Source: an uncultured Candidatus Saccharibacteria bacterium
GTDB lineage: Bacteria > Patescibacteriota > WWE3 > UBA101185 > UBA10185
DNA: 64,000 bases
Reading direction: 5' to 3'
Assembly (NCBI GenBank): GCA_964385105.1
Contig: CAYLMU010000001.1
Coordinates: forward strand, 130,252-194,251
Both the position numbers and the translations under genes were made by a program. Under the pieces are notes generated by a model, which saw only the letters and a program-made list of their open reading frames with translations, was not told where the DNA came from and searched no databases. Below are positions 9,080 through 18,119 of the stretch, in pieces; positions within the stretch are counted from its first letter, which is position 1, and each line of letters starts with the position of its first letter.

Positions 9080-9922
9080 TCAAAATTTTTCAAGAGTTGG
9101 ATTTACATAATTATCTAAAAGAAACTCAATCTGTTGTTTTGATGGGGCTGCAACCCCACGTGTTCTCACAAATTTTCCAAGTATATCAGAAATGTCTATT
9201 GCACCCATAATATAACCTAGTACACCAATATGGGTTAGCAGAGTATTTGGTCTGCCGGTAGCATTGGCCCACAGCTTACCATTCTGTATAGCGTTGTCAT
9301 AATACTTATAGTCTTCGTTCCACGCCAGAATTTCGTTATATAGTACAAAACCTTCAACAGACATGTCACACAAATCATTTAATTTTTGCTGTAGATAATC
9401 GAAGAGTGCTTTATTTTTTTTATTGTCAAATAAAAGTACTGGAGTGTTGTAAATATTTTTGATGGGTTTGCCCGCTATATTGTCAGTTAGTGATAAAGTC
9501 ACAAAGTTTGGGTTATTTAGTTCAATATAATCGAGTAAATGTATACATTTATAAAATAATGCCATTAATAAAGAAATTGCTTCTTGGAATTCAGCATCGT
9601 TTTCATCAAAATCTTTGGATAATTTAAAGAATTCGCTCCAAACATCAATAAAACTTAAGTCCCGAAGTACCTGACCTTTACTATTGTATATTTTAGGTCT
9701 GAAATCACGTTGTTTTGTATTTGTTAATCGCGCCGATTCTTTACCTGGATATTGCAAGAATAGGTTTTCACCTGCAAAAGTTTCGTAAAGATGTATAAGT
9801 TTTTCGTTTGAACCATACTTTAAATGAACCAGTGGTAAAGCTGTAATAAATTCAATATTCTTTTTTCTTCTCAAATAAGATTCGGATTTTACTCCATATC
9901 CCATGTAGTGCAATGGATTCAT
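9080..9922 (-). CDS. putative Type II restriction endonuclease (convergent partner of the C5-MTase)
   Basis: Tail-to-tail with the MTase across a 6-nt gap, 280 aa, no other family recognised. Confidence 0.45.
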   Translation of the reverse strand: MNPLHYMGYGVKSESYLRRKKNIEFITALPLVHLKYGSNEKLIHLYETFAGENLFLQYPGKESARLTNTKQRDFRPKIYNSKGQVLRDLSFIDVWSEFFKLSKDFDENDAEFQEAISLLMALFYKCIHLLDYIELNNPNFVTLSLTDNIAGKPIKNIYNTPVLLFDNKKNKALFDYLQQKLNDLCDMSVEGFVLYNEILAWNEDYKYYDNAIQNGKLWANATGRPNTLLTHIGVLGYIMGAIDISDILGKFVRTRGVAAPSKQQIEFLLDNYVNPTLEKF

Positions 9923-10062
9923 ATAATAATATTAACAGCCTGTAGTAGAAATTGAAATTGATATTAGATATATATTAACTATTATGAATATTGACCTTAT
10001 AGTTCCTAATATGATATTTTTTAAATAAAATATCAGCCAACGACGGCAAAGGGGTGAAATAC

Positions 10063-10230
10063 ATGATTTTAGATGGCCAGGTTCTGTTTTGTGGTCCTGA
10101 GGATGAGGATGAAGATGACTATCTAGGCTATTACGATGACGACGATTACGACGTTTTTGATGCCGCAGATGATACAGATTCATCTTGGGAAGATGCCGAA
10201 GAGGCATGGTCGGATGCTGAGGACGATTAA
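10063..10230 (+). CDS. small highly acidic protein (55 aa, D/E-rich), not in ORF track
   Basis: ATG preceded by aaggggtg RBS. Sequence MILDGQVLFCGPEDEDEDDYLGYYDDDDYDVFDAADDTDSSWEDAEEAWSDAEDD. Followed by a 10-bp-stem hairpin (10243-10277). Antisense ORF 9932..10207 rejected. Confidence 0.5.
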   Translation: MILDGQVLFCGPEDEDEDDYLGYYDDDDYDVFDAADDTDSSWEDAEEAWSDAEDD

Positions 10231-10296
10231 CTAGTAAATTGGAGGTATAAGAAGATTGTTTTTTATACCTCCATAGATATATTTGTATAATTAATT

Positions 10297-10581
10297 ATGT
10301 CAAAATCCCAAAAAGAAAATAAAATACAATTCGCAGTGATTGAATGGAGAGATTCTGTTAACCATAGCAATGAAATGGATACAAAAGAAGTTGCAATGAA
10401 GAAATCTCGTCTTGCACATCTTTTAACTTGTGGTTTTATAATCGGTGAAGATGAAGAAAAGATTGTAATTGGAATTGATTACAATATTGGAAGTAAAAAA
10501 TTTAGGCACATTTATACTCGTGCAAAAAGCGCAATTGAGAATATTCAACGCTTTGATATTGAGATTCCGGAATTTAAATAA
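10297..10581 (+). CDS. hypothetical protein (94 aa)
   Basis: ORF with upstream TATAAT (10283-10288). Confidence 0.4.
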   Translation: MSKSQKENKIQFAVIEWRDSVNHSNEMDTKEVAMKKSRLAHLLTCGFIIGEDEEKIVIGIDYNIGSKKFRHIYTRAKSAIENIQRFDIEIPEFK

Positions 10582-10587
10582 TATTAA

Positions 10588-11463
10588 CTACACAGTCAAT
10601 GCCACTCCAACCATCACAAGCACCGTGGCAATGACCTTTTTTAATCGGTCGTTTCTTTCGTTAAAAATAAGGTAGGCCACAAGTACATTTAATAATACGG
10701 ATGTTCCGCTCAAAGTTACAACTGTGGTAACGCTTCCAAGTTGATATGCCTTAAGTAAAAATAAAATTGCCAAGCCCCAAGATATTCCAGTTAGTAAGTA
10801 GTATTTTTTGTCGGGAGTATTAAATTCTTTTTTTACCTCATTAAATTTAATTCTTTCGGCTCCTGCAACCATTAATGCGGGTACAAACAAAGTTACAAAA
10901 ATATAAAAGGGAAGGTTGAAGTTTTCAGAAATTCCTATGTCAATTGACATTGCAATTGAGATTATTAATGTAGCAAGAATTCCAAGTGCAAAGTGCTTGT
11001 CGATTACTATGCCTCCTTTTTTGTAAGCTAATAAAACATTCCCTAAGACTATAAGTATGGCGCCCATAGTTTTGTTGAATAGTAGGGGTTCGCCAAATGC
11101 AGTAAATCCAATAATAATTATAAAAACCGTGGACATTTGAGAGATTATTGAATATGTGGATACGGGCAAATTTTTTCGAACGGTTGTGTTAATTCGGTCG
11201 TTGAGAGCATAAAATATACATGCGGCAAGAAATAATAGCCAGGTTTTAACATCAGTTGCAAGTGAGTACTCAAAAAACGGTGCCACAAGTAAGATGCTAA
11301 ATCCGGCAATTAACTGTAAAACTATTGTAGCAGCGCCATCTCTTTTGGCATTTCTTACGGCTGCTTTGTAACCCTGAAAAAAAAGAACAATAAATAATAA
11401 ATATCCGATAAGCCAAAACTGCCATGATGTGATGAGTGTTTCCATTGTTTCTATTGGGTGCAT
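10588..11463 (-). CDS. EamA/DMT-family membrane transporter
   Basis: ~10 TM helices, ~290 aa, duplicated EamA-like halves. Confidence 0.55.
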   Translation of the reverse strand: MHPIETMETLITSWQFWLIGYLLFIVLFFQGYKAAVRNAKRDGAATIVLQLIAGFSILLVAPFFEYSLATDVKTWLLFLAACIFYALNDRINTTVRKNLPVSTYSIISQMSTVFIIIIGFTAFGEPLLFNKTMGAILIVLGNVLLAYKKGGIVIDKHFALGILATLIISIAMSIDIGISENFNLPFYIFVTLFVPALMVAGAERIKFNEVKKEFNTPDKKYYLLTGISWGLAILFLLKAYQLGSVTTVVTLSGTSVLLNVLVAYLIFNERNDRLKKVIATVLVMVGVALTV

Positions 11464-11499
11464 TTATGTATTATAACTGGTTTGCTGGGGGAGAAGTAA

Positions 11500-11877
11500 G
11501 TGAACCCATCAATAAGTAGCTCAGACTTAATGTTTCACGCTTATGGAATTGTAGAAGATGTTAAGGGTAATTGGTATGCATTTTCTCCTGCTAACTACAA
11601 TCGTCAAAATGTAAAGCTAGGTAGGATTGACCCAATGACCCAAATACTAAGAGCGTCGTCGTTAGAAGAAGTTCTTGAGCAGATTGAAGACAGTGTAGAT
11701 GGTGAATGGTTGCATGCTGCTGAAGAGTTATTTAATTATCGTAATCCGAAAGTTGCTATAAAAACAAACAGGAGGGGTGAACAATATAAAACTTTTGAAG
11801 TACAGTGTATAGTACTTGAAGAATCTGGAGGGGTTTTGAATTTGCGGCAAAATTTTGTTGTAGTAGGTGGTTTGTAG
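11500..11877 (+). CDS. hypothetical protein (GTG start, 125 aa)
   Basis: gggggagaag RBS before GTG. Confidence 0.4.
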   Translation: MNPSISSSDLMFHAYGIVEDVKGNWYAFSPANYNRQNVKLGRIDPMTQILRASSLEEVLEQIEDSVDGEWLHAAEELFNYRNPKVAIKTNRRGEQYKTFEVQCIVLEESGGVLNLRQNFVVVGGL

Positions 11878-11894
11878 TAATTATTTGTTTGACT

Positions 11895-13574
11895 CTATTC
11901 CAAATCCGTCGAAGCACCTGTTTCATCATTTCTTTGAGAAATAATATCTAGCTCATCTCGATATGTCGGGTCATCATTTAAAATTGTCCATTCATTATCT
12001 CTTAGCTGAAATACCATAGTTTCGGTTTGAGGTACAAGTCTTTTTTGACCAAATTTATTCTCTTCTTTATGATAGCTTATCTCCATAACAACAAATTCAG
12101 GTGATAATAACACAGGTCTTATGCCTGATTGCTCAAGTTCAACTAAATCAGCATCAATATCAAATCTTAATCCGGCATAGTCTCGTACCAATCTTTGATT
12201 TAGTAATCTTTCAACCGTATTACCTTTTTTGTCCAATCTATTTAAATAGTATTCGTATGCATTCATGCCCTCAGGAATCATTTCAGCTAATTGATCATAA
12301 ACGGCATCTTCGTTGTCTGGGGTTAACATAGTAGCTTCTACTTGTATTGATTCAACACCTGTTTCTAACGCTTGTATACCGCTTATCGTATTTCCTTCCG
12401 TTGGGCCACCAGGATAATACATTTCAAATAGTCTTACAATATCGGTAGTGGGTAAATCAGTCAGTTCTTCACCATTTGACATTAAGTGCATTTTACCGTC
12501 AGTGTCATAAGTTATATGAACCTTTGCTTTTGATCCAAATAGTGTAAATGATTGAATAGGTTCTTTTGTCGTATATCTTTTGATTTCACCATTTTCGTCA
12601 GGCTCAGATTCTATAACTCTTAGAGCAGGACGTGATTGTGCAAGAGCAGCATAAACCAAAGCTTTTGCTTTTTTTACAGCTGAAGGGTTGCTATTCTCAG
12701 GATTTTCAAAATTTATCATAGTATTTAACTTCGAGTCTGGCAAAAGGTTACCAACCGTGAGTTGACTTGTATCATCATACTCAATAAGGTGCGCAGGTTC
12801 CTGTTCAGCAAGATTTAATCTAATGCCCGATCCGGTGACATATACATCTTCTGCAAGTTGTTTCGATGATTTAATCATCCAAACATGTCTTTCATAATCT
12901 CTTGCCGGGGCATCATTAGGAATAACAATGGTTTGTGTTTCAGGTATATAAACCATGCCTGAGTCAGTCATGAAAATATCTTTTTCAGGAGTCTTTCCTA
13001 ATGCTGCTAACGCTGCTTCTGGACCATATGCATTATATATTGCTGTTGGAAGTCTGCTACTCATATCCTGCATTTCATCACGACTTAATCTTTCGGGGTT
13101 TATTAAGTTAGAAAGCTCCTCATTAAATTTAGATTTCAAAAATTTTTCGGATAGAGCGCTTTTAATATAAAAATTGTTTCTCTCTTCATGATATGCTATT
13201 TCTTGAGGAACAATTCTGTCTTCACCCAAGTGATTTCTTATACCCTCAACATCGTTTATATGAACGAATAAAGTATTTCCTCCTGCAAGATATTTCTTTA
13301 GTTGTTCTCTTTGTTTTGGGGTTAAATGTTCGGTCAAATATGGTCTACCTTCTAATAAATGTGATGGTAGGTTTACGAAGCCAAACCCATTATATTCTTT
13401 GCCTGTCCTTTCATTTCTTGTAATTACCGTGCATGAGACAGGTGGTTCGAATTGTTCATCTTGCAAGGATTTTTCAAGGGCTTTGGGTAATTCGCCATTT
13501 TGTGTATTCTCGAATCCATTGGTGGAATGTTCTGTTTCAGTGTAATCAGAAATTGAGGGTATGGCAGAACTCAT
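11895..13574 (-). CDS. large hypothetical soluble protein (559 aa)
   Basis: Long ORF with no recognised motifs. Confidence 0.5.
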   Translation of the reverse strand: MSSAIPSISDYTETEHSTNGFENTQNGELPKALEKSLQDEQFEPPVSCTVITRNERTGKEYNGFGFVNLPSHLLEGRPYLTEHLTPKQREQLKKYLAGGNTLFVHINDVEGIRNHLGEDRIVPQEIAYHEERNNFYIKSALSEKFLKSKFNEELSNLINPERLSRDEMQDMSSRLPTAIYNAYGPEAALAALGKTPEKDIFMTDSGMVYIPETQTIVIPNDAPARDYERHVWMIKSSKQLAEDVYVTGSGIRLNLAEQEPAHLIEYDDTSQLTVGNLLPDSKLNTMINFENPENSNPSAVKKAKALVYAALAQSRPALRVIESEPDENGEIKRYTTKEPIQSFTLFGSKAKVHITYDTDGKMHLMSNGEELTDLPTTDIVRLFEMYYPGGPTEGNTISGIQALETGVESIQVEATMLTPDNEDAVYDQLAEMIPEGMNAYEYYLNRLDKKGNTVERLLNQRLVRDYAGLRFDIDADLVELEQSGIRPVLLSPEFVVMEISYHKEENKFGQKRLVPQTETMVFQLRDNEWTILNDDPTYRDELDIISQRNDETGASTDLE

Positions 13575-13623
13575 AGATAAATATTAACAGGAATTTGTAT
13601 GTGTGCAAAATGTTTAAGTAAGG

Positions 13624-13884
13624 CTATTTAATAGTGATCATGAAACTAAAACTTACCAGCTTCACCTGCAACAATTCTACTTTTTTTCCTAATCGTTCGA
13701 TTTGTACAGCCTCAACACCAGACCCGGTACCTGCATCCAGCACTTTGGCCCCATCAGGAATTTTATTAAGAAACCTTTCAAGAATTTTTTGGGTCGTTGA
13801 ATCGATTAGGTTATATTTACCCAGACCAGCTTTCTCTAGGTTATCGTAGTAGCCATCCTGAAGTTCTGGGCTAATGGTTAGCAT
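13624..13884 (-). pseudogene. truncated class I SAM-methyltransferase fragment
   Basis: Motif I VLDAGTGSGVEA present, but the ORF ends ~25 aa later (86 aa total). Confidence 0.35.
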
Positions 13885-13936
13885 GGTTTTATTATAGCAA
13901 CCGGGCAGCTCATCAAGCGTGAGCCGCCCCAGTTAC

Positions 13937-14386
13937 TTAACCCCATAATTCACACTGCGCAACAAACCTTTTTAACCTAGAACTCTTTACAATTATCAAC
14001 TCAGGATGGAAAGTTCCTTTGTACATATTAACAATATCTATCACGGTGTTTATTTCCCGACAGCCGGAAATATCAATGTAGATTTTGTTGAAATTGTAGC
14101 CTAAATCTAGTACTTTTCGTATGTTAAATCCATCTATTTTATATAATTCCAATTCAGGATAACTTTGCACAGCTGTATAGTAGGACTCACCTTTATCTAT
14201 TCCAACTACATGTTTACATTGTTGTTCTAGTAGTTTTGTAGTTGTTCCCCAGGCGAATCCTATCTCAAGCACGGTATCTTGATTTGTTATGTACTTTTGT
14301 ATTGTTTCCCGATATTCTTTCACGCCTTTTGTTATTATTATCTTTGTTTGGTGGTGCAGGTTCTTTTCAAGTTTTTCCTGTATCAT
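13937..14386 (-). CDS. class I SAM-dependent methyltransferase-like protein
   Basis: VLEIGFAWGTTTKLL ... HVVGIDK. Start at MIQEKL with AAAGGA RBS. Confidence 0.5.
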   Translation of the reverse strand: MIQEKLEKNLHHQTKIIITKGVKEYRETIQKYITNQDTVLEIGFAWGTTTKLLEQQCKHVVGIDKGESYYTAVQSYPELELYKIDGFNIRKVLDLGYNFNKIYIDISGCREINTVIDIVNMYKGTFHPELIIVKSSRLKRFVAQCELWG

Positions 14387-14648
14387 TTTAATCCTTTCTA
14401 CATGGTTGGGGAACAAAAAAGCGCCCGAAACCACGCATAAATTAATACTTATGTATGGTTTCAGACGCTCTATACAGATTACTGTCAGATGAGCTCCGTC
14501 TACTTTAGGTAGATCTGCTTCTGAAACGATTTATTTAGTTGTAGGGGGATTATAGCAGAGAGGCGTATTATTGTAAACCTATAGTAGGATATGTTATAGA
14601 TAAGCTTTTGAAAGTGTGTATTTGTCAACCTGTAGTATATACCAGCTA

Positions 14649-14709
14649 CAATAAAAAAGTACCTCCTCTGTGTCAATTCACAGAAACCCATTAGGGTTGG
14701 ACTGAATGT
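14649..14709 (-). terminator. multi-branched terminator structure for the BI-1-like gene
   Basis: GTACCT...AGGTAC closing helix enclosing three hairpins (CTGTG/CACAG, CCC/GGG, GGAC/GTCC). On the minus strand it is followed immediately by TTTTTTATT. Confidence 0.45.
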
Positions 14710-14740
14710 CCGAAGGTACAAAATATACTGTTTTTGTTAG

Positions 14741-15385
14741 TTAGCCCCGTCGCCGACCGCCAGAACCCTTAGCCCGTGCATACAGTTCAAGCAGACGGAT
14801 AAACAGGTTAACCGCATCTAGAATCAAGCCGCCGCTTGCATCGATAGCGTTATCGAGCGTATACGGCATGGATAATGCCCGAGACCAGTCGTAAGCGACA
14901 ATGCCGGTAAAGAGAATGACGCCTGCCCATGTAATCCAGGTCATGTCTTGTGCCTGTTCAAATCCCAAGCTTATGAAAATCAGCTGGGCGAACTGGGCTA
15001 CGAGAAGAAGGACAAGTCCGGCTAGAACGTACGGCCCAAGACCTTCGAAGATCTGTGGGAACATAATCCCAATAGCAGACATCACGACCATAATCAGGGC
15101 TGTAGTTACGACGGCGTAGATGACAACCTCAGCCGTGTATAGTGCTACATAGGGCCCGATCATAAGGCCAAGAGCTCCACTCATGATACTTACGCCAGCC
15201 ATACTCACTAGCGGATTGCTGGAGCCCGTAAACATGATAATGCCCACCACAGATACCACGAAGGTACCAATGAGCAAAAACCACGTGAAGTCCCAGTTGT
15301 TAGCTCACCACAGTTCCTGCACCAACTAGTGCGCCGACCAGGAGCGTAAAAAAGGACACGGCACGCACAAAAGCGTTCTTGCTCA
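14741..15385 (-). pseudogene. Bax-inhibitor-1/YccA (TMBIM) family membrane protein gene split by a frameshift; GC-rich
   Basis: C-terminal ...YDWSRAL...ILDAVNLFIRLLELY typical of BI-1/YccA. N-terminal 29-aa piece (MSKNAFVRAVSFFTLLVGAL...) at 15304-15385 lies in a different frame from the TTG-initiated main ORF. ~55% GC. Confidence 0.5.
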
Positions 15386-15576
15386 TAGTGCTAGCACCAG
15401 AGCGGTTCCAAATACTACTTGTAATACCCACGACTTTTCTCCTTGTATTGGTGGGAACTCCCACTACTTTTGTCAAATGGGAATATTTTATTATATTGGC
15501 TTAAGTATGTTAACCTATAGTCTGTGTGTACCCTGCGGGTACCCGTCACTGTAAAACTCGCTATGCTCGTTAACAT

Positions 15577-15652
15577 TGGTGTGCCCGGAGGGATTTGAAC
15601 CCCCGACTTCAACGTCCGCAACGTTGCGCTCTATCCACTGAGCTACGGGCAC
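15577..15652 (-). tRNA. tRNA-Arg (anticodon GCG)
   Basis: Reverse complement GTGCCCGTAGCTCAGTGGATAGAGCGCAACGTTGCGGACGTTGAAGTCGGGGGTTCAAATCCCTCCGGGCACACCA. Anticodon loop TTGCGGA. Confidence 0.75.
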
Positions 15653-15730
15653 ATGCAACAAAATATCGGTAATCTTGTACTCACACAAGCGCATACATTA
15701 TATTACAAAAATTCAATTTTCACTGAAAAA

Positions 15731-16336
15731 TTACTTTAAATTAAGTTTACCCACAACAGATTCATATGCTCTGTCTGCAAAAGTTTTAGGCTCTGATTCC
15801 AGGTATGTAAGGTGTTCGTTCAAAAGGTTTTGAACTTTTTCCCGGTCTCCCGGCAATAAAGTTAAGTACAACCGCGATGGAAGTCCTTCTTTTACATCTA
15901 TAGCTACAACATCTACATCAGAATTTTCTAAAAAGAAGAAGCGCAACAATTCATGCCATTTGTACGAGTGTTCGCCATATTTAACATCTACATTGCTAAT
16001 TTCGTATTTTAAAGTTTCACCGGGTACTTGCATTAACATATAACTTACAAAAACCAGGCTCAGAATTCCTATAATTAGAAAAAACTGCTGCATTGCCACT
16101 AAAAATAATGAAACAACAATTCCAATAACTATAAGAGTTCGCGACATTTTTGGATTTAATCCTGCATACACTGGTCGTGAGATTGCTTCCCAGGAATAAA
16201 TGACTTCACGCTTTATAGTTTCATTTATGGGTTGCATAGGTTGGGTAGCTTCTGTGGCCGGTTGTGTTGGCGGTGTTTGATTGGATGATTTAGGTAAAGG
16301 GATTCCCAGCATGTTTGTGACGTCTCTAAGTTTCAT
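15731..16336 (-). CDS. hypothetical membrane protein
   Basis: Two TM segments, Pro/Thr/Gln-rich N-terminus. Confidence 0.4.
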   Translation of the reverse strand: MKLRDVTNMLGIPLPKSSNQTPPTQPATEATQPMQPINETIKREVIYSWEAISRPVYAGLNPKMSRTLIVIGIVVSLFLVAMQQFFLIIGILSLVFVSYMLMQVPGETLKYEISNVDVKYGEHSYKWHELLRFFFLENSDVDVVAIDVKEGLPSRLYLTLLPGDREKVQNLLNEHLTYLESEPKTFADRAYESVVGKLNLK

Positions 16337-16476
16337 GTTTTTATTTTACACTATTTGTTTTTTTTAGTTTAGGGGTTTTTTGTGATATAAGTGCTGAAAC
16401 GAATATACTAAAATATCTTTTGTTGCTTTCGTAATGGGTAACTGCCGTCCACTTAGCAGTGAACACCACTTACCCA

Positions 16477-16565
16477 TGGCGGAGGGTACAGGAATCGAAC
16501 CTGTGCACGGATTTTACTCCGTGACGGCTTAGCAAGCCGCTGCATTACCGCTCTGCCAACCCTCC
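16477..16565 (-). tRNA. tRNA-Ser (anticodon GCT), long variable arm
   Basis: Reverse complement GGAGGGTTGGCAGAGCGGTAATGCAGCGGCTTGCTAAGCCGTCACGGAGTAAAATCCGTGCACAGGTTCGATTCCTGTACCCTCCGCCA. Confidence 0.85.
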
Positions 16566-16589
16566 AGAGCGTTCATATTATACTTTATT

Positions 16590-17387
16590 TCAAGTATTAT
16601 TAAAACTACTCAACGGTAGCCTCACAACAAAAGTAGTCCCCATATTTTCGGATGATTCTACAGTAATTTCGCCTTTAAAATCATTTTCAACAATCTGTTT
16701 GCAAATGTATAAGCCAAGTCCCTGATTTTTTAAGCCTTTGGTGGTGTAGTATAAATTAAATATTTTATCGATTTTATTTGCATTTATACCGGAACCGTTA
16801 TCGCTAACTGTTATGGTAACGGTTTTTTCTGTACTTTGTGCTGTTAGGCGTATTTTTTTGGAATCCCTTTTTATATCACTAAGTGCTTCAATGGCATTTA
16901 TTATCAGATTAGAAATAAGTTGCTGCATTTTTAAGCTGTTGCCCCGCACCACAATTGCATCACACACATCGCAGCTTATTATTATGTCCTGTGTAATCGC
17001 TATATTTTCAACAATATTCAAACACTTTTTAATTTCGGTTTTAAGGTTAAAGCTTTCTTTAATTTGATTTTCTACATTTCTATTTTGAGAAAGCAGATTT
17101 TTTAATGTATTTGCTGCCTGGTTTGCAGTTTTTAAATTTGAGTCAGTGTTATACAGGCTCATTTCTTCAAGACAGATTAAGAGTGTAGTTAACGGAGTAG
17201 TAATATCGTGTAAAGTTTCAATTGCTAGATAACCTTGGTGAGTTATTTGGTTAAGCTCTTTAATTTTTGTGTTCAAAACAAATTGTATTTTAGAATTTTT
17301 ATCTTCAATGTATGCTTGGGCAACTTTTTCCTGATTTTGTAATTTGAGGTTACTTAAGTTCATCATCCACCTTATAGCCAAGCCCAT
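16590..17387 (-). CDS. sensor histidine kinase (cytoplasmic, HisKA + HATPase_c)
   Basis: DNGSGI...GLGL G-boxes at the C-terminus. Overlaps the upstream response regulator. Confidence 0.7.
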   Translation of the reverse strand: MGLAIRWMMNLSNLKLQNQEKVAQAYIEDKNSKIQFVLNTKIKELNQITHQGYLAIETLHDITTPLTTLLICLEEMSLYNTDSNLKTANQAANTLKNLLSQNRNVENQIKESFNLKTEIKKCLNIVENIAITQDIIISCDVCDAIVVRGNSLKMQQLISNLIINAIEALSDIKRDSKKIRLTAQSTEKTVTITVSDNGSGINANKIDKIFNLYYTTKGLKNQGLGLYICKQIVENDFKGEITVESSENMGTTFVVRLPLSSFNNT

Positions 17388-18039
17388 AAACTGTTTTAAT
17401 TAATTTTTTCTTAAATGGTTTGTCAATTTTTGCCCTAAGATTTTTTATATGTACATCAATTGTGTTACTTTCTACATCGCCGTTGTTGTGCCACATGTTG
17501 TTTACAATATTATCCCGGGTAATTATGTTTCCTTTGTTTAAAAGCATCTGTTCAAGTATTTGAAACTCTTTTTTTCTAAGTTCAATTTCTAAGTTGCCTC
17601 GGGTGACTTTGTGTGTTTTTCTATTTAAATGCAGGTCTGCTGCACGTAATATATGATTACAACTATTGTTTCGTCTTAAAAGTGCTTTTATTCTTGCTCT
17701 AAGTTCAAGAATATTAAATGGTTTGCATAAGTAATCATCTGCCTCATAGTTAAATGCCCCGAGTTTAAAGTTTATTGCTGTTTTTCCTGAAATTATTAAT
17801 ATTGGTGTGGATTTATCTTTTTTTCGAATGTGTTTGCAAATATCTAAACCTGTTAAGTTACTGCGGTCATATAGCATTATGTCAATAATGTATAGGTCAA
17901 AGACTTTTTTGGATATAAGTTTTTTTGCTTCGAGGATGTTTTTAGTAAATTCAATAGCGTACTCTTGTTTTAATATGTCTGAAATTTTTTCACATAGTTG
18001 TAAGTCATCTTCAATTAGCAAGACTCTAGGTCTTTTCAT
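17350..18039 (-). CDS. OmpR-family response regulator
   Basis: Receiver domain (LLIEDD...D...K) plus C-terminal wHTH (...LRAKIDK...YGLGYKV). Confidence 0.8.
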   Translation of the reverse strand: MKRPRVLLIEDDLQLCEKISDILKQEYAIEFTKNILEAKKLISKKVFDLYIIDIMLYDRSNLTGLDICKHIRKKDKSTPILIISGKTAINFKLGAFNYEADDYLCKPFNILELRARIKALLRRNNSCNHILRAADLHLNRKTHKVTRGNLEIELRKKEFQILEQMLLNKGNIITRDNIVNNMWHNNGDVESNTIDVHIKNLRAKIDKPFKKKLIKTVYGLGYKVDDELK

Positions 18040-18119
18040 ATTATTTGTATAACACACAAATATGAAAAAAACATGAAATTTGCAAAATTTTTTGTAAGAT
18101 TATATATTAAAAACGCATT

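Noticed and set aside
9932-10207. 91-aa basic (H/R-rich) minus-strand ORF
   Set aside because: Mirror image of the +strand acidic ORF, which has a proper RBS. The GAT/GAC-rich coding reads as His/Arg antisense.
14640-14730. tRNA-like or sRNA cloverleaf on the plus strand
   Set aside because: Arm lengths do not fit a tRNA (65 nt, 4-nt 'anticodon' loop). On the minus strand the structure is immediately followed by T6, so it is best read as the terminator of the 14741..15385 gene.
15415-15621. 68-aa minus-strand ORF
   Set aside because: Overlaps tRNA-Arg (15577..15652) and the upstream hairpin.
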